Positions 1-13,074 of a stretch of 64,000 bases of DNA are shown here, in pieces. Source of the stretch: Phoronis australis (taxonomy: Eukaryota > Animalia > Phoronida); contig NMRA01000011.1 in NCBI GenBank assembly GCA_002633005.1, positions 175,451 through 239,450 on the forward strand, written 5' to 3'. The notes under the pieces were generated by a model. That model was not told the DNA's origin. It ran no database searches and saw only the letters and a program-made list of their open reading frames with translations. A program made the translations under genes and the position numbers. Position 1 is the stretch's first letter, and every line of letters starts with the position of its first letter.

Positions 1-163
1 GTTTACAAACTGTGAACTAAGGGCAATAAATTATCTACGCAAGTTATTGTGTACTGGAGCATAGAATAATAGACACCTATCTTGATTTCGCCCAAAAGTA
101 GAGTAGAAAATGCCAAACCTAATTTCGAGTTCCATTTTGAGTAAAAAGATTGGAGACCGGGCC
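1..163. mobile_element. Right part of a Harbinger-like MITE (same family as 33436-33836)
   Basis: Near-identical to about 33674-33836. Ends ...GAGACCGGGCC followed by CAG (CWG-type target). Confidence 0.85.
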
Positions 164-402
164 CAGGTTCAACAATTTAAGTAGGCTTGTCAAGGAAGCT
201 TAAGCGTATTTTATGCGCCTGCTAAAACCCCCAACAAGTTAAAAAATAATTGCAGGCGATCTGATACACGTTGTACAAGAAGTGCGGAGCTCGCGCATCT
301 GTACCCATTGCATTGATCACCTGGAACTATTTTTGTACTTTATTAATATATAGTTAAAACCGAGCTGAGGAGCTAGAAACCTGACTCAAGGGTTTAGTAG
401 TG

Positions 403-474
403 TGACGCAGTGGGACTCGAACCCACGACCTCGAGTAAAGAAATCGGCCACCTGCCACACAAGGCCCCACTGCC
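403..474 (-). mobile_element. tRNA-derived segment (SINE head or tRNA pseudogene)
   Basis: Minus strand reads GGCAGTGGGGCCTTGTGTGG...GTGGGTTCGAGTCCCACTGCGTCA, with a B box GGTTCGAGTCC inside a T-arm. The anticodon arm is not well formed. Confidence 0.65.
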
Positions 475-559
475 TCCTCTATCTTCAACAATAAGGAACC
501 AATTGTTTTTTACGCCTAGAGACTACATCTCTTTGATTTGTGTAAAGAACTTCTTGGGA

Positions 560-1030
560 CCAATTTTATAGCTATATGTGGATGCAATCACGCCCTGATC
601 AATGGCAGTTCTTGTTCGTCGAATTAGTATATGGGGCAATTTGAAGGTCCTATGAGCGGCCACTTGTACTTTTCGCTTTCAACTTTAATGGGACCATTTG
701 CTCCGAGCAAAGTAGTCACTGTCCATCAATGAAATTATTTTTGCACCAGTTGCGCAGGGCGAGCTCCTGAAATCATCCCTGTGGTGACAAGCACGCGCAT
801 AAATCGAGCGTGGCAAAAAGTGCTGTCACGCTCAGCGTTCTTCACCTCCGGCGGCTACCGTGTTTGATAGCTACGATATTTCTAGTTACTCCTTACGGAC
901 TCCACGTTACAGCTGAAAATTGGTATACTCGCGTTACATGTATTAGGGAGTCTTTACTATATAAACTCATCCTTATAGAGGGATAGCGCAATGGTGCTCA
1001 TTCTTTGTCGGAGGCCTCCATGAAAGTCAC
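560..1030 (-). pseudogene. Decayed vWA domain
   Basis: In order across frameshifts: HVTRVYQFS, ISGARPA, FIDGQ*, KLKAK, DEQELPLI. These match vWA TRVxxxQFS, GARP, TDGxS, LK and ELxxI. Confidence 0.7.
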
Positions 1031-1169
1031 CCCATTCGTGCAGGTTTATCAGCGTAATGTACATGTAATTATTTTACAAGATACGAATTATAAATAGTTT
1101 ACCTAACGCCAATTATTTAATTAAATTCAATGGAAAATGACAATCTACGCGTGTTGATTAACAGTGTAG

Positions 1170-1880
1170 CGGGAGGCCGGATTCCAACTCGCTTAACTCA
1201 AGTTTCATGTAACGACAGCCGTCGCCTTACCACTGAGCTAGCTACTCAGCAGCTGACGTTTATCTTACGTGAAATTTGAATACTAAATGTAAATGAGTAC
1301 GCACAATAATCGTATGTTCATCAAACCTCATTGTACCGACATTTATTACGCTGTGAAAAATAAGACGTATAATTTCAATAAAAACGACATCGTTAATTCA
1401 ATAAAATTTATCCGTCATTTTCTTTCACTTTTAAATCATCGACCTCCAGTTTAAATGTGGGTAACACGTCGTCGGAAATCTTTGGCTTGGACATTATACT
1501 CCTTAACCAGTGGTAACCTACTTTCACGGTGCAAAGCTGTTTGTAGTAAGCTAGCCTGTTTGCTTAAAACTTCATGGATTCACTTTATTTCTATTTTGTT
1601 TAAATTTTCAATTGGCTGTGTCTCTGACATAGAAAGTAGTTCCAAAGCCAAGGCGAGTCGAGAAAGGCAGATCGATTCATTGCAATGTTTATCGCTCGGT
1701 ATGTACAAATAGATTATTAGGCCTACATGTTCTCAGTCGTTATCCCCCTTATCTATATCCCTCTTGGATTTTGGAGAATTGTCGCCCGAGAGGCGTTAGC
1801 CCCCCCCCCCACGTCCCGGCGATAATTCTTCAAAATCCACTTGGGCTTTAGATTACGGGGGATAACGACTTTGCCACGTA
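1170..1880. mobile_element. Interspersed element with tRNA-like segment and terminal hairpin, copy 1
   Basis: Colinear similarity to 17360-18136. Imperfect inverted repeat at 1735-1870. Confidence 0.8.
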
Positions 1881-1889
1881 AAAATATAC

Positions 1890-2184
1890 ATTTCACCCAA
1901 CTCAACAATTGCTAATGGTAAGATACGCAAAAATGCGTAGACTTCCTGACCCAGCAAGGGTGCCTTTTCGTAACAGATTTGGCGGTGATCAATCCTCGAA
2001 CCTGAACGGGACGTCCAATTTGCGCACTGGTGTTGCATGTTGTCCATGTAGTTTTCATGTTCCTCTGTTGAGTCTGTTTATTTGAGATACGTTCAGCCGC
2101 AAAATCCTCTTCTCCCAGCTTAAAAGCACATCGCGTCGGGACAAGAAAAAGAAACTTTGCTGAGGCCTTCTTTTTGCAGTTCAC
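1890..2184 (-). pseudogene. Decayed vWA domain (N-terminal part)
   Basis: NCKKKASAKFLFLVPTRCAFKLGEEDFAAER resembles C..aDivFLvDxSxSiGxxdFxxxK. SAQIG..VQ follows. Confidence 0.65.
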
Positions 2185-2519
2185 TCATTATTCGGTGCTT
2201 TAAAAATCTTCGTTAAGAACGCGCCTCTTACGAAATATGAAAATCTATTTCCCATTCTGCGGCCAATGCCGAGCATATGGAAGTGGGCCACTCTGTTTCA
2301 AACGTAGTTTAGTCTTTCCAAAACATGATTGTGTAAAATACGTGTTTGTTCTTCAGAAAGTAATGAATATTCAGTAAAATAAGTTTTCAAATACTTTACA
2401 TACGCAACGGCAATGCACGAATAAATAACAACAAACTAACCTAGTTCATGATAGCAAATACATGTCTAGCCGGCCACCGGAACGACATGTAACGATCTTA
2501 TCGGCTACATGTACTTATT

Positions 2520-2660
2520 CCCCTATTGGAGACATGGTCACTGAATTGTTTCTGCACCTTGATATTTAATTTTCACAGTTGCTCTCCGTCGTTGAATAAA
2601 CTGTGTTCTTGTACCATAAGACTGAACTCACACGGGCGACCTTTGATAAAACGGTCCGCA
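2520..2660 (-). pseudogene. Decayed vWA fragment
   Basis: VARVSSVLWY...YSTTES then KIKYQGAET (vWA IxYxGGxT). Confidence 0.55.
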
Positions 2661-2749
2661 GGTGTCAGCAATTCACGTGCAGCCGTCGAACATAATTTTC
2701 TTTAGATGTACGAGTGCAACTGTAACTAGAAAGATTATTGTCACGGCGT

Positions 2750-3970
2750 GACAATAACGGACTCTGCGTGTACATATTACTGGAATTATTATGGGAAGTT
2801 ACTGACAGCAACCCGTTTACCAATATGAAAAGGAATTCTTTAAAATTATAGGAGAAATTACATATTAATTTTTTGATGACCTTTCCACTAATTGACCTCT
2901 TCCGGTGCATTATGAGCCCCGATGAGGGAGTAATTGTTAACTCGATTAAAAGTGTGGTTAATGCTAATAATCACAGATGTTTTACTTTAAGCACTTCAGA
3001 ATACAAGATGAATGAAGTGGTCAAACTTTCAGAAGAAAAATGCACCTAATGACCCCATGGGTGCACCAAATGACCTGAAAATTTAGAATTCAAACTCAAT
3101 CGCACTTAGTAAACAGATACGTAATTCTGAAGTCTCTAGCTCAAAATTTTAGTTTGCACTCAATGACCTTTGACCTATTTTTTCTGATTGGTTAAGCCTA
3201 TTGTAAACTAAAGTAGGGTATTCAATTGGTATGTTGACTTACACCAGTGTGCTGAAATTGAAAAGAATTCCTTGAAAAACGTAAGAGATATAACATGTTG
3301 AACGTTACATGACCTTTGCACTAATTGACCTTATCCGGTGCATTTTAAGCATCTTTAGGAGAATTACTGCAAAGCCCATGGAAAATGTGTTTAACGCTGA
3401 GAATCACAGTTGTCTAACGGTTGACACATCAGAATACTTGCTGATTGAATAGGTCAAATTTTCAGAAGAAAAATGCACCTAATGACCCCATGTTTGCACT
3501 AAATGACCTGAAACTTTTGATTCCGATTTGATTTACCTGTGGCAATCAGACCTGCCAATTTGAAGTGTCTAGCTCAAAATTTTAGTTTGCACCTAATGAC
3601 CTTTGACCTATTTCACCTGATTGGATGACCCGATTACTTTTTTTAAATTGTCATGTCGACTTATACCTGTGCACCGAATTTGAAAAAGATAGCTTTAAAA
3701 CTGAAGGAGGAGTAGCATTTTGAAAATTATATGACCTTTGCACCAAACGACCTTTTCCGGTGCAATATGGAATATGATTATATAACCAATCAAAATTTAT
3801 GTATTGTCAAAAGTCATATGCCGAATTTAAAGACCGTACCTGCACCCAATTTGGAGTTATTAAGCCTCAAAGTTGGTCGGAAGAATAATAAGAATAAGAA
3901 GAATAAGAAGAATAAAATTGAAGAAAACCCAGGAACAACAGTACTCTGCGCTTACACGCGCAGAGTAATT
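2750..3970 (+). mobile_element. Helentron-associated (HINE/DINE-1-like) non-autonomous element
   Basis: Internal tandem units of about 430 bp start at about 2876, 3309 and 3731 (ATGACCTTT.CAC...CCGGTGCA). They are followed by an (AAGAAT)n microsatellite at about 3881-3915 and a terminal stem-loop ACTCTGCGC-ttacac-GCGCAGAGT. The left end is uncertain. Confidence 0.65.
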
Positions 3971-6095
3971 ATTTTACTGTAGTTAGTGTCCAGCTAGTAA
4001 AAAACAAGTGAACTGCCTAAAGGATGTACATCGTTGTCTGGCAAGTCCCAAGCAGTACGTCTTCACGTATCCCAATGTATTAGAACTTAGCTACATGTAA
4101 GCGAGCGACCTGACTTGCTTTACTCGCGAGTGTCTTGGGTTTACGGAACACAACCGTGTATTCTCCAAATTTCCTTTCTATGGCCGATTAAATTTTTATT
4201 GGACGTTGTCGACAAGCGTGTTTGCTAAGCCAAAATATCTTAAAATCCGTCCAGTTTAAACAACTATATGTATACATTTTCTGAAAGTGCTGTAGAAAGC
4301 CCGTAAAATTTGAGTTTTGACTTTATTTCAAACTGTCATTGATTTGGTCACGAGACCTTACCATTTTAGTAGAATTTATCCAAAACGAAAGGTGCATTCA
4401 GCTAAAACAATTGTATCAATAACATGGCCAAATTTCATTTGATTTGAATTTTCAAGAATTTTCTGCATGTAAAGTACATGTATTATAGTAAATAAAGCAT
4501 AGTCATGAGGGCGGTGCGATTGTTTTCTTTCGAATCATATGTTCAACAGTTAGACGTGTGTTGCTTCGCAAGAACAAAGCTTTTGTACAACACACCTATT
4601 ATTAAAGTAAGTCGCACTCTCTTTAGTTCACAGCAATAATGACTTTGTTTTCGTTTATTCAGCACTTAAAACAACTCTCCTAATTGCGTAGTCTTTTTGC
4701 GGTCATTAGTCCCAGCCAATGTTTCCCATCCTAATATTCTGTACTTCGCCGAGTGTCGCTCTCTAAAGCGCTTTCATTTTGGGATTGATGAGTGTTGGTT
4801 AAATTAACCCTTTTCGTCTCCATCCATTNTCAAAATTTTAGTTTGCACCTAATGACCTTTGACCTATTTCACCTGATTGGATGACCCGATTACTTAGAAA
4901 GGTATTTTTTAAATTGTCATGTCGACTTATACCTGTGCACCCAATTTGAAAAAGATAGCTTTAAAACTGAAGGAGGCGTAGCATTTTGAAAATTATATGA
5001 CATTTGCACCAAACGACCTTTTTCGGTGCAATATGGAATATGATTGTATAACCAATCAAAATTTATGTATTGTCAAAAGTCATATGCCGAATTTAAATAC
5101 CGTACCTGCACCCAATTTGGAGTTATTAAGCCTCAAAGTTGGTCGGAAGAAGAATAAGAATAAGAAGAATAAGAAGAATAAGAAGAATAAAATTGAAGAA
5201 AACCCAGGAACAACAGCACTCTGCGCTTACACGCGCAGAGTAATTATTTTACTGTAGTTAGTGTCCAGCTAGTAAAAAAACAAGTGAACTGCCTAAAGGA
5301 TGTACATCGTTGTCTGGCAAGTCCCAAGCAGTATGTCTTCACGTATCCCAATGTATTAGAACTTAGCTACATGTAAGCCAGCGACCTTGCATTACTCGCG
5401 AGTGTCTTGGGTTTACGGAACACAACCGTGTATTCTCCAAATTTCCTTTCTATGGCCGATTAAATTTTTATTGGACGTTGTCGACAAGCGTGTGTGCTAA
5501 GCCAAAATATCTTAAAATCCGTCCAGTTTAAACAACTATATGTATACATTTTCTGAAAGTAGAAAGCCCGTAAAATTTGAGTTTTGACTTTATTTCAAAC
5601 TGTCATTGATTTGGTCACGAGACCTTACCATTTTAGTAAAATTTATCCAAAACGAAAGGTACATTCAGCTAAAACAATTGTATCAATAACATGGCCAAAT
5701 TTCATTTGATTTGAATTTTCAAGAATTTTCTGCATGTAAAGTACATGTATTATAGTAAATAAAGCATAGTCATGAGGGCGGTGCGATTGTTTTCTTTCGA
5801 ATCATGTGTTCAACAGTTAGACGTGTGTTGCTTCGCAAGAACAAAGCTTTTGTACAACACACCTATTATTAAAGCAAGTCGCACTCTTTAGTTCAAAGCA
5901 ATAATGACTTTGTTTTCGTTTATTCAGCACTTAAAACAACTCTCCTAATTGCGTAGAGTCTTTGTGCGGTCATTAGTCCCAGCCAATGTTTCCCATCCTA
6001 ATATTCTGTACTTCGCCGAGTGTCGCTCTCTAAAGCGCTTTCATTTTGGGATTGATGAGTGTTGGTTAAATTAACCCTTTTCGTCTCCATCCATT
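3574..6095 (+). repeat. Tandem duplication 3574-4828 / 4830-6095 joined by a single N (probable haplotype overlap artefact)
   Basis: Near-identical copies with scattered SNPs and indels. N at 4829 lies exactly at the junction. Confidence 0.9.
4285..4530 (+). pseudogene. Decayed vWA domain (duplicated at about 5555-5790)
   Basis: KCCRKPVKFEF*LYFKLSLIWSRDLTILVEFIQN resembles C..pvDlvF.lD.S.Si...dF..l.eFi.n. HEGGA occurs later. Confidence 0.5.
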
Positions 6096-6129
6096 TATTG
6101 GAGTCAAGATATAAGTGATAATCCACTCA

Positions 6130-6460
6130 TTTGTTAGCCTTGATGTGAAAAGGAGAGTTTTATCAAAACGGGTTAAGTGTTTTTGTGCACACAAGGATGG
6201 GCATTGTCTAAAGAGATGTCATGATTAAACGCTCACGGATATATACAAATCTGGATTGAAAACGGATAGTGAAAGAGTTATTTGATGAAGAGCAAAGTAA
6301 CTATATGAAGGCTGACATTTCGGGTTATTTCAACTACTGTGCTGCTGTCGTTTTTCAAATGTATTGTATGGCGATTGAGTCGGCTCCTGAACGTGCAATT
6401 CGGTTAATTGGCACCAGTAGTTACTTTGTTTCATTACAGGTAATCGCACGATTCGCTTGA
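6130..6460 (+). pseudogene. Decayed vWA domain
   Basis: KESFIK, then in one frame HTRMGIV*...YTNLD*...VKELFDEE...MYCMAIESAPERAIRLIGTS. Confidence 0.65.
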
Positions 6461-6849
6461 TGAGACATGCGAGGATGTTTTGTGCAAATTTGAAATAATA
6501 TGTAGCTGCAGTAATGAATAGACAAAAGACCCTTAAGAAGCACAGCACATGTACACGTATACACTGTATAGTACAAGTAGAACGGTGGTGCACCATACTG
6601 CGACATATCTAAATTCTGTTTTAGCCAATTATCGGATATCACCGACGACTTTAGATCGTTTTCAGTGTTTCAAATTTGTAAAACGATAAGTAATCAGCCA
6701 ATCCTCGACCCTCAAAAGTTTGGAAAAGTTCTAAAACTTGCCTATTATTGTTTAATGAATCAATAAGTTACCCGGCTGTGTTGGAGAAGCTTGTCTACCT
6801 GTAACCATGCGATTCATTTGGTGAAACAGTGACAGGCTTTTTGTTTGTA

Positions 6850-7000
6850 ATGAATTTATCTTCCTGGTTCTACGAACATGTATACTAAACTCACAGTCGC
6901 AGATTATAGAACTATGGGTTTGTGGTAAATCAGCAAAACAGAGTCAAGCCTTGGGGTCAGCTATACTACCAACCTTATACACATTTGCTAATATGAACAT
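6850..7000 (+). pseudogene. Decayed vWA fragment
   Basis: IYLPGSTNMYTKL resembles YxGGxTNtxxAL. Confidence 0.45.
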
Positions 7001-8042
7001 TTGAACTACTGTTTCCCTTGAGCATAGTGTGTGTTTGGAGGCATATCGATTAAATCATGATGACCACGCTACTGGGTAATTTGACATGGTTAGCTGTAGA
7101 AACTCTCTGCCTCCGTTCCTAACCGAGTAACCGGGTTGTGAATGTCAAGGTGTGTGATTAGACATGTTATACGAATTATCACTCAGTCAGTCCTGAGCCC
7201 TAACACCTTCTTCCTCTTGATGTTCCTCTTGAAAAGTATTTTTAATACACTAGCTGCCAAGATGCTGACTTCTATGGAAGATGGGCCTCAAAACTAACAC
7301 TGCATACATATATAGAGCTACATTGTATATTCCTTTCTTCCCTATTTCTGGTTCCCTTGGGATATGTGAATGTAAATGTTTACGCCAGTTTGTCCTTACG
7401 AACAACGAACTTTTGTAATATTTGTTTGCTTCACAATAAAAGTTATAAAACAACTTCTCCATACAGAGAACTTCGAATAACATGCAAGCTGCTGGCAGCA
7501 GTACTATGTAAATTGAACTGAACTTTTGTTCGGGGTCATGGTGTGCATGTACTTGTACACACGGGAATTGTAGTGCGCTAATTTTACCAGAAATCACTCG
7601 ATTTATGTAAGATCTGGTTATAGATTTTTTTTATTTTTTTGAAAAAAAAAACATTTAATGGAACAGATCGAAAAACCTTTGGATTATGGAGTGGTACAAT
7701 AAAAAAATTCCACAAAAATGAATCAGTTCTAGGAAACGGTGGTAACAATCACAGACAAACGGTTAATAACGAGGATTTTCTAGAATATGACATGTGACTA
7801 AAAACTTTTGACAAAATTATTAAGACTGCCCGTACACTTAATCACGACAGACTATTAACTCATCTGTGTAAGCAATCACATGTTTCGAATTCTTTAATTT
7901 CAGAGAAATACCATTGTTGGCCAAGAGCAATTTGTTGTGAACGCATTAAGTACGGTAGCAAATAACATAATGTTTTAATTAAAGGACGATAATATGGTGA
8001 TAATGGCTTTACTATTTTGCTAAATTGTTACCCTTGTACGCA

Positions 8043-8220
8043 GGTAATGTCATGGCAACGGCTTCATTAGCGTCTCTCGTTTGTTCTTTTTTACTAGAGA
8101 AAGATGTCCAACGACTTTCGCAACTGTTGGCGCGATACCGCTCAAGCCATCAGAGTGTAGCCTCTGGTTATCGCGAAAATCACTTATCAAAATACAGGCG
8201 GAACTGCCGGTGCTGAAGGT
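8043..8220 (+). pseudogene. Decayed vWA exon
   Basis: Follows a candidate acceptor (ccttgtacgcag). SLASLVCSFLLEKDVQRLS, then after a frameshift IAKITYQNTGGTA. Confidence 0.55.
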
Positions 8221-9129
8221 AGTGGAAATGATGACGATGGTAATGGTGGGACTGTCATGGTTGCAGTGACGATGGCCTAGGGCCTCATTGCCACTACCAT
8301 AGGCTCCCAAGAACAGCGGTGTACTGGTGCCCCTACCAACACACATGCGTACGAGAATAATAAAAACTTTTATGATCCACATACATGTAACGTGTGGGGC
8401 AAGCTCGTCACCAGAGATAAAAAGGAGACTGAGGTTGGCGAAATAATGAATAAGAATGAAAATGAGATGCAGTTTGTAAAACATATAATTTCTGAAAAGA
8501 TGAGCAATAAAAAGTCCCATGAGAGATGTATATGTACATGTAGTGCGTACCAATAAGTTCACACATAACCGTATAAGTGTATTCATACATGTAGATGGGT
8601 TTGCTGGTACTCCAACAAAAGTGCGATAAAAATTATGAAACACAGATGGTTGGACACCATAATGCATGCCTTTCAAAACACGAGTTTAGCAAAAATTGTA
8701 CTCAGTCGTTATGTCTAAAGTCAGACACCTGGGGAAGTGGGAGTCCTGAGTATCATTACCAAGAGTGTGCTGCATAGACCCAAGACACTCGCGAAGCACT
8801 TGCGGCGAGAAATCTTCGCTTAGCGGAGACATTCCAATCTCACTGACCAGTCACCTCCTCGCCGCCGCGTATAGCTCGAATATGCTTAAGTAAGCTCGCT
8901 TCACTGACTGGGTAACCGAGTTAGACCTTTAACGCTACTTTGGCGAGTCTGCCACGAATAAGCTCCAGGGCATGCCTGTAGTACACTCTCTTTTCACTCA
9001 CGCGATTTTGCGTGGTCTGCTGCGATTTTGCTTTTTCGCGAGTTTTTCGCGTCAGCGGAACGCATCCTCCTAAGCTTTATTGCTTTGTTAAGTATTAAAT
9101 ACATGTACATGAACTTGCGGGCGTTCTTC

Positions 9130-9395
9130 TGTGTAATGTTCTTCTCAAAGTCGGACTGGGTTCAAATTGCCGGTGTCCGTGCTCTAAATTGAATGCCACT
9201 TTTGGCGCTGTAGACAATTTTTGCTACGAAGTTGGTTCTTCACCAATTTCAGCCTTGAACTTAAATGAATGTGTTCCTACACAGTTTGTCACCATCGTGA
9301 AATTTTAACATTTGATATCATCGATTAAATTAGTCGGAATTATTTTTCAATGTTCAGTACAATCCAAAAACAATGTCAGACTTGTCACAACGGAC
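9130..9395 (-). pseudogene. Decayed vWA domain
   Basis: RCDKSDIVFGLY*, then IGEE, then LSTAPKVAFNLEH. Confidence 0.7.
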
Positions 9396-10548
9396 TGTAT
9401 CCTATAGAGCTTGAGATGTTTGTAGGTGTAACATTAAAGATCACAGTAATCAATGTCTGCAGGGTGCACCCTACGTAGCAAGGAGTTCAGGGGCCCATTC
9501 CAAGAAAAATGACTTAGCTAAGACAAATATTAAATTTAAGCCAATTTTAAGATAACACTTCAATTTGTCTGACGTCAGTTAGAAGAAATTGATATTAAGT
9601 TTGACTTAAGTTTTTAACTCAAGTTCGGAAGTTGAGGCATATCTTAGACGTTAATTCCGAGTCCCAGCGTGTAAGTTTGTATCAGACTTTCAATACTATG
9701 CCATTGGATTTTTCAGCATTATGGCCGCATGGATAGGTGTGGGGCCCCGTAGTCATGCCCCCCGGGCAAGTGCCCTAGTGGGCCCTGTGGGACGGCATAC
9801 ATCATGAAACAAATTACGATACCATTAGGCATTCATAAAATACATAGTAAAGATTCACTTCACAGTTAGAATCCTAGAAGAGATTATATGGAACCACGTA
9901 GTACCTATCACATAAGTAATACGCAATCCGTAAGCGAATAAAGTTTAAATAAACGCGCCACTCACGATTCCGACGCGAAGCACACACCGCCATTTTGAAC
10001 TAACCGGGAAACCGGAAGTACAATTCATTGAGGAACCCAGGCTTAAGTACGACGACTGTGCGATTGGAGCAGAGTCTGTTACCAGCCTGCAATCGGGAAT
10101 AAAATTATCGACAGCGTACCTTAACTTTAATATAACCAAAATAGGCACAATTTGTACTGAAAATGTTGACAAAATGTGGCAAAATAAATATTGACAGAAA
10201 TTATTTTGCCAGACTCGGATGTGCAGCCGATGACTCGGTGAGGATGGATTGAGACCACTGCACTGACAAAAGACGAAGGCATGCCGTCCCCGGCTGCTTT
10301 ATCGGAATAAATGGTTCAAATCATGAATGCCGTATACATACAAAGATAGTTTTCGACACTTGCATAAAATTACGCACTAGTCACAGTCCTGTGCCAACGA
10401 CTGAACAGCGAGACTGACTATGGCGGAGGCTAGGTTAAGCTTGTTTTACTGGGTATAATAAACTCTGGTAATCGAACTCTAGAACAACGAACATGCAACA
10501 TCAAAATAATTGAATAAAATTGCTATATATTATGTCCGGGCAACAAAA

Positions 10549-10850
10549 TCAAACACAGGTGCGCATTATTGCAATTGAAGTGTGGAGTTCGCTGTTTTGA
10601 GATAAAACTTGTTTTTCTTTGTTGAAACATCGCCACACGTGAATATTTTTTTCTAGTTTACATTTTAACGGCCAGTAAAGCCGGTGCCTATTTGCTGCCA
10701 AGTACACATTGCGCTCATACGTCCGGATAGTCACACGGTAATTGCTCACTTCAGGCTGGTACTTTGCATTAGTTTCACGATATGGCGATAAAGATAAGAC
10801 ATTTGTTGATCAAGAAAGTTTTTTCCCTAATTTATTACCTAAACGGGTAC
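10549..10850 (-). pseudogene. Possible decayed vWA fragment
   Basis: NYRVTIRTYERNVYL resembles RVavvtYxxxvxl. Confidence 0.35.
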
Positions 10851-11409
10851 TGTTGCTGAAATTTGACGTACCCTCGCGATGAGTGAGGGCTGACCTCAGT
10901 AGCCGAGCGTTGGCTTCGGGGGCTGCGACGTATTTCACTAACTTATGATTATGCGTTTAATACTATTCATCATATGCAAAGTAAAACTTGGGTAATAAAT
11001 AATCAAGTTTGTACAAAAGGAACCAAAATGAGAATCAAAAACAACAAAACAAAGTAACAACGCATATATGCTAACGGTGATGTCAATACGTTTTCAAGGA
11101 CAACATGACCGGCATTCAGAAATAGTTCCTGAACTGACACGCGGGAACTCGGGTCACGGAAATAGACGGGAATAGACGATGATTTTCCGATCTCGGCCGA
11201 GGTACAAAATTGTGCTCAAAAAGGCTTTTAATTTGATAAGAGAAAGGATGTGAATATTACGTCTTACTTAATTTGGTATATATTTTTAAGTTTTTGAACT
11301 AGATTGCCCTCTGAGATACGGACTTTAAAGATATCGCTCACATAAAGAAAATGCATAGGCACGTCATCCAAAAATACAACATCATATAGAAATGATTTTT
11401 TTACAAAAG

Positions 11410-11510
11410 TGACGGTGGTGGGAGTGCTGCTGATGATGCTGATGGTGGTGGTGTTGATGGTGGTGGTGTGGTATTTGTAGTGGTGGTGGTGGTGGTGGTG
11501 GTGTTGATGA
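11410..11510. repeat. (GGT)n/(GAT)n microsatellite
   Basis: Directly visible triplet repeat. Confidence 0.9.
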
Positions 11511-12419
11511 TCGACCATTAGAGACATTTGCTGGGACTGTAATGCACAAAGAGCACAATCAACGCTGACACGGAAGAAGACTGTCAGACGTTTTTATTAT
11601 TTTCGTGGTCATAGTTAGGGAAATGTTTCGACGAAGATTTTGTGACCTCGTAGCATGGACGTGACAATGGAGCTTCTCAGAGCACTAGTGTCTCGTCTCA
11701 TACGATGTATTGTCTTCGACACTAATAAAAATGTTTTGTTAAGGTGAGTGCTCCACTGAAGGTGTTGTTCTAATCAATTCTGACGCTTGCCGTTTTGTCT
11801 AATTTATTGTTATTTATAGGCATGCGATAAAGTCTTGTCTGAGTGACTTTTAGCATAAAAGGCTATAAAATAACATTAATATTCTTGTGCACACATAAAT
11901 GACCCATCATTTTCACTATACGTTGATGAACACTCTTGCGTTGTAAAGTATATGTAGCCTAGTTACATGTAGTGCAACAAAACACCATACATGGCAGCAT
12001 AGTAGAATTTGCTAACCAGTGAGGAAGCATTATTTTAAATTTCGTCCTAAAACGGGACGCGAGTAATCATTGCGTTTCCCGCTCGTGTGGTGGAGGTGGA
12101 GGATTATTCCCTCCATTGTGAGTAAGTTGCCGCCGAGATGATGTCAAATAACATCTGGCGAAAATCAACTCCGTTTCTTTGGATTTATATGGCTCTAATC
12201 CGTCTTCTGGGAGTAGTGTTCTCAGCAGCTCTGTGACACTAGTGTTCTTGGCTATGTCCTGAATTTAAAATGTAACCAATCCTCAGCTCTACGTAGTCCG
12301 CAGAACAGTATTCTAATGATTTTACTTATATTTCATTAAATCTGAATTAAAACTTGTCAGTGAAGATAGTAATTAAGTGTACTTCAACTAGACCCATACC
12401 TCGATATCTAACCCATGAG

Positions 12420-13020
12420 CATGGAATCCATGATGTTTTTGTCCGAGTATTTAAAAGGCGACATTCCGTACATTGGTATACCAATGCTTTAATATTCCAT
12501 AGCACTCTATCACGTATTGACAATACGGCGTTGTCGTCGTAAATTCCCCGCGTGCATGCTTGGTCAAATTCGTCCACTAGGTTTCGCTTAGAGCTGTATG
12601 GAACACTTTAGAACTTTCATAACGTGCTACCTAGCCGATGTTTGATCGATTTTTTGGCGTACATGTATATAACACAAGCGATACTATAAAAGTGACTAGA
12701 TCAGCAGCTATAGCCGTTAAGGAGAAGCGGTAAGTTTTACAGGGATGGCAATTTTGTTAAGCCCTGGAATACGGCTTCATGAAAGCCAGCTAAAGACAGT
12801 TCCGACGATTTCGAAAAACTGATAATTTAATTTCTAAAACCAGTCTACGTTACTGGGAAACCAATGTAGTCACACGCGTAGGATGAGCTTGAATCAAATC
12901 ATTTGAAGGCAGCGGAAACGGTTATTGACAACGCAAACGCTATAATCGAACACGTTAAGAAGTGACATTTACCTAAGGCCAAGTCTTTGAAGAGGATGCG
13001 TTGGTCCTGTGACCAATACG
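12420..13020 (+). pseudogene. Decayed vWA domain
   Basis: IPRVHAWSNSSTRFRLELYGTL*NFHNVL, IDFL..YITQAI, MAILLSPG, PVYVTG, DELES, in the expected order. Confidence 0.6.
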
Positions 13021-13074
13021 ATATCTAAATATGGAGGTAAGTTTTTAGCGACAAAACATCTCTGTGTCGTACTA

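Noticed and set aside
3731-5257. Duplicated 83/86-aa ORFs with KNK repeats
   Set aside because: They lie in a non-autonomous repeat, translate its microsatellite, and are duplicated by the probable assembly artefact.
8050-8676. Longest ORF in the track (208 aa, minus strand)
   Set aside because: No recognisable domain, and it is partly antisense to a vWA remnant. Probably chance.
11264-11527. Poly-His/Thr ORF
   Set aside because: It is the translation of a (GGT)n microsatellite.
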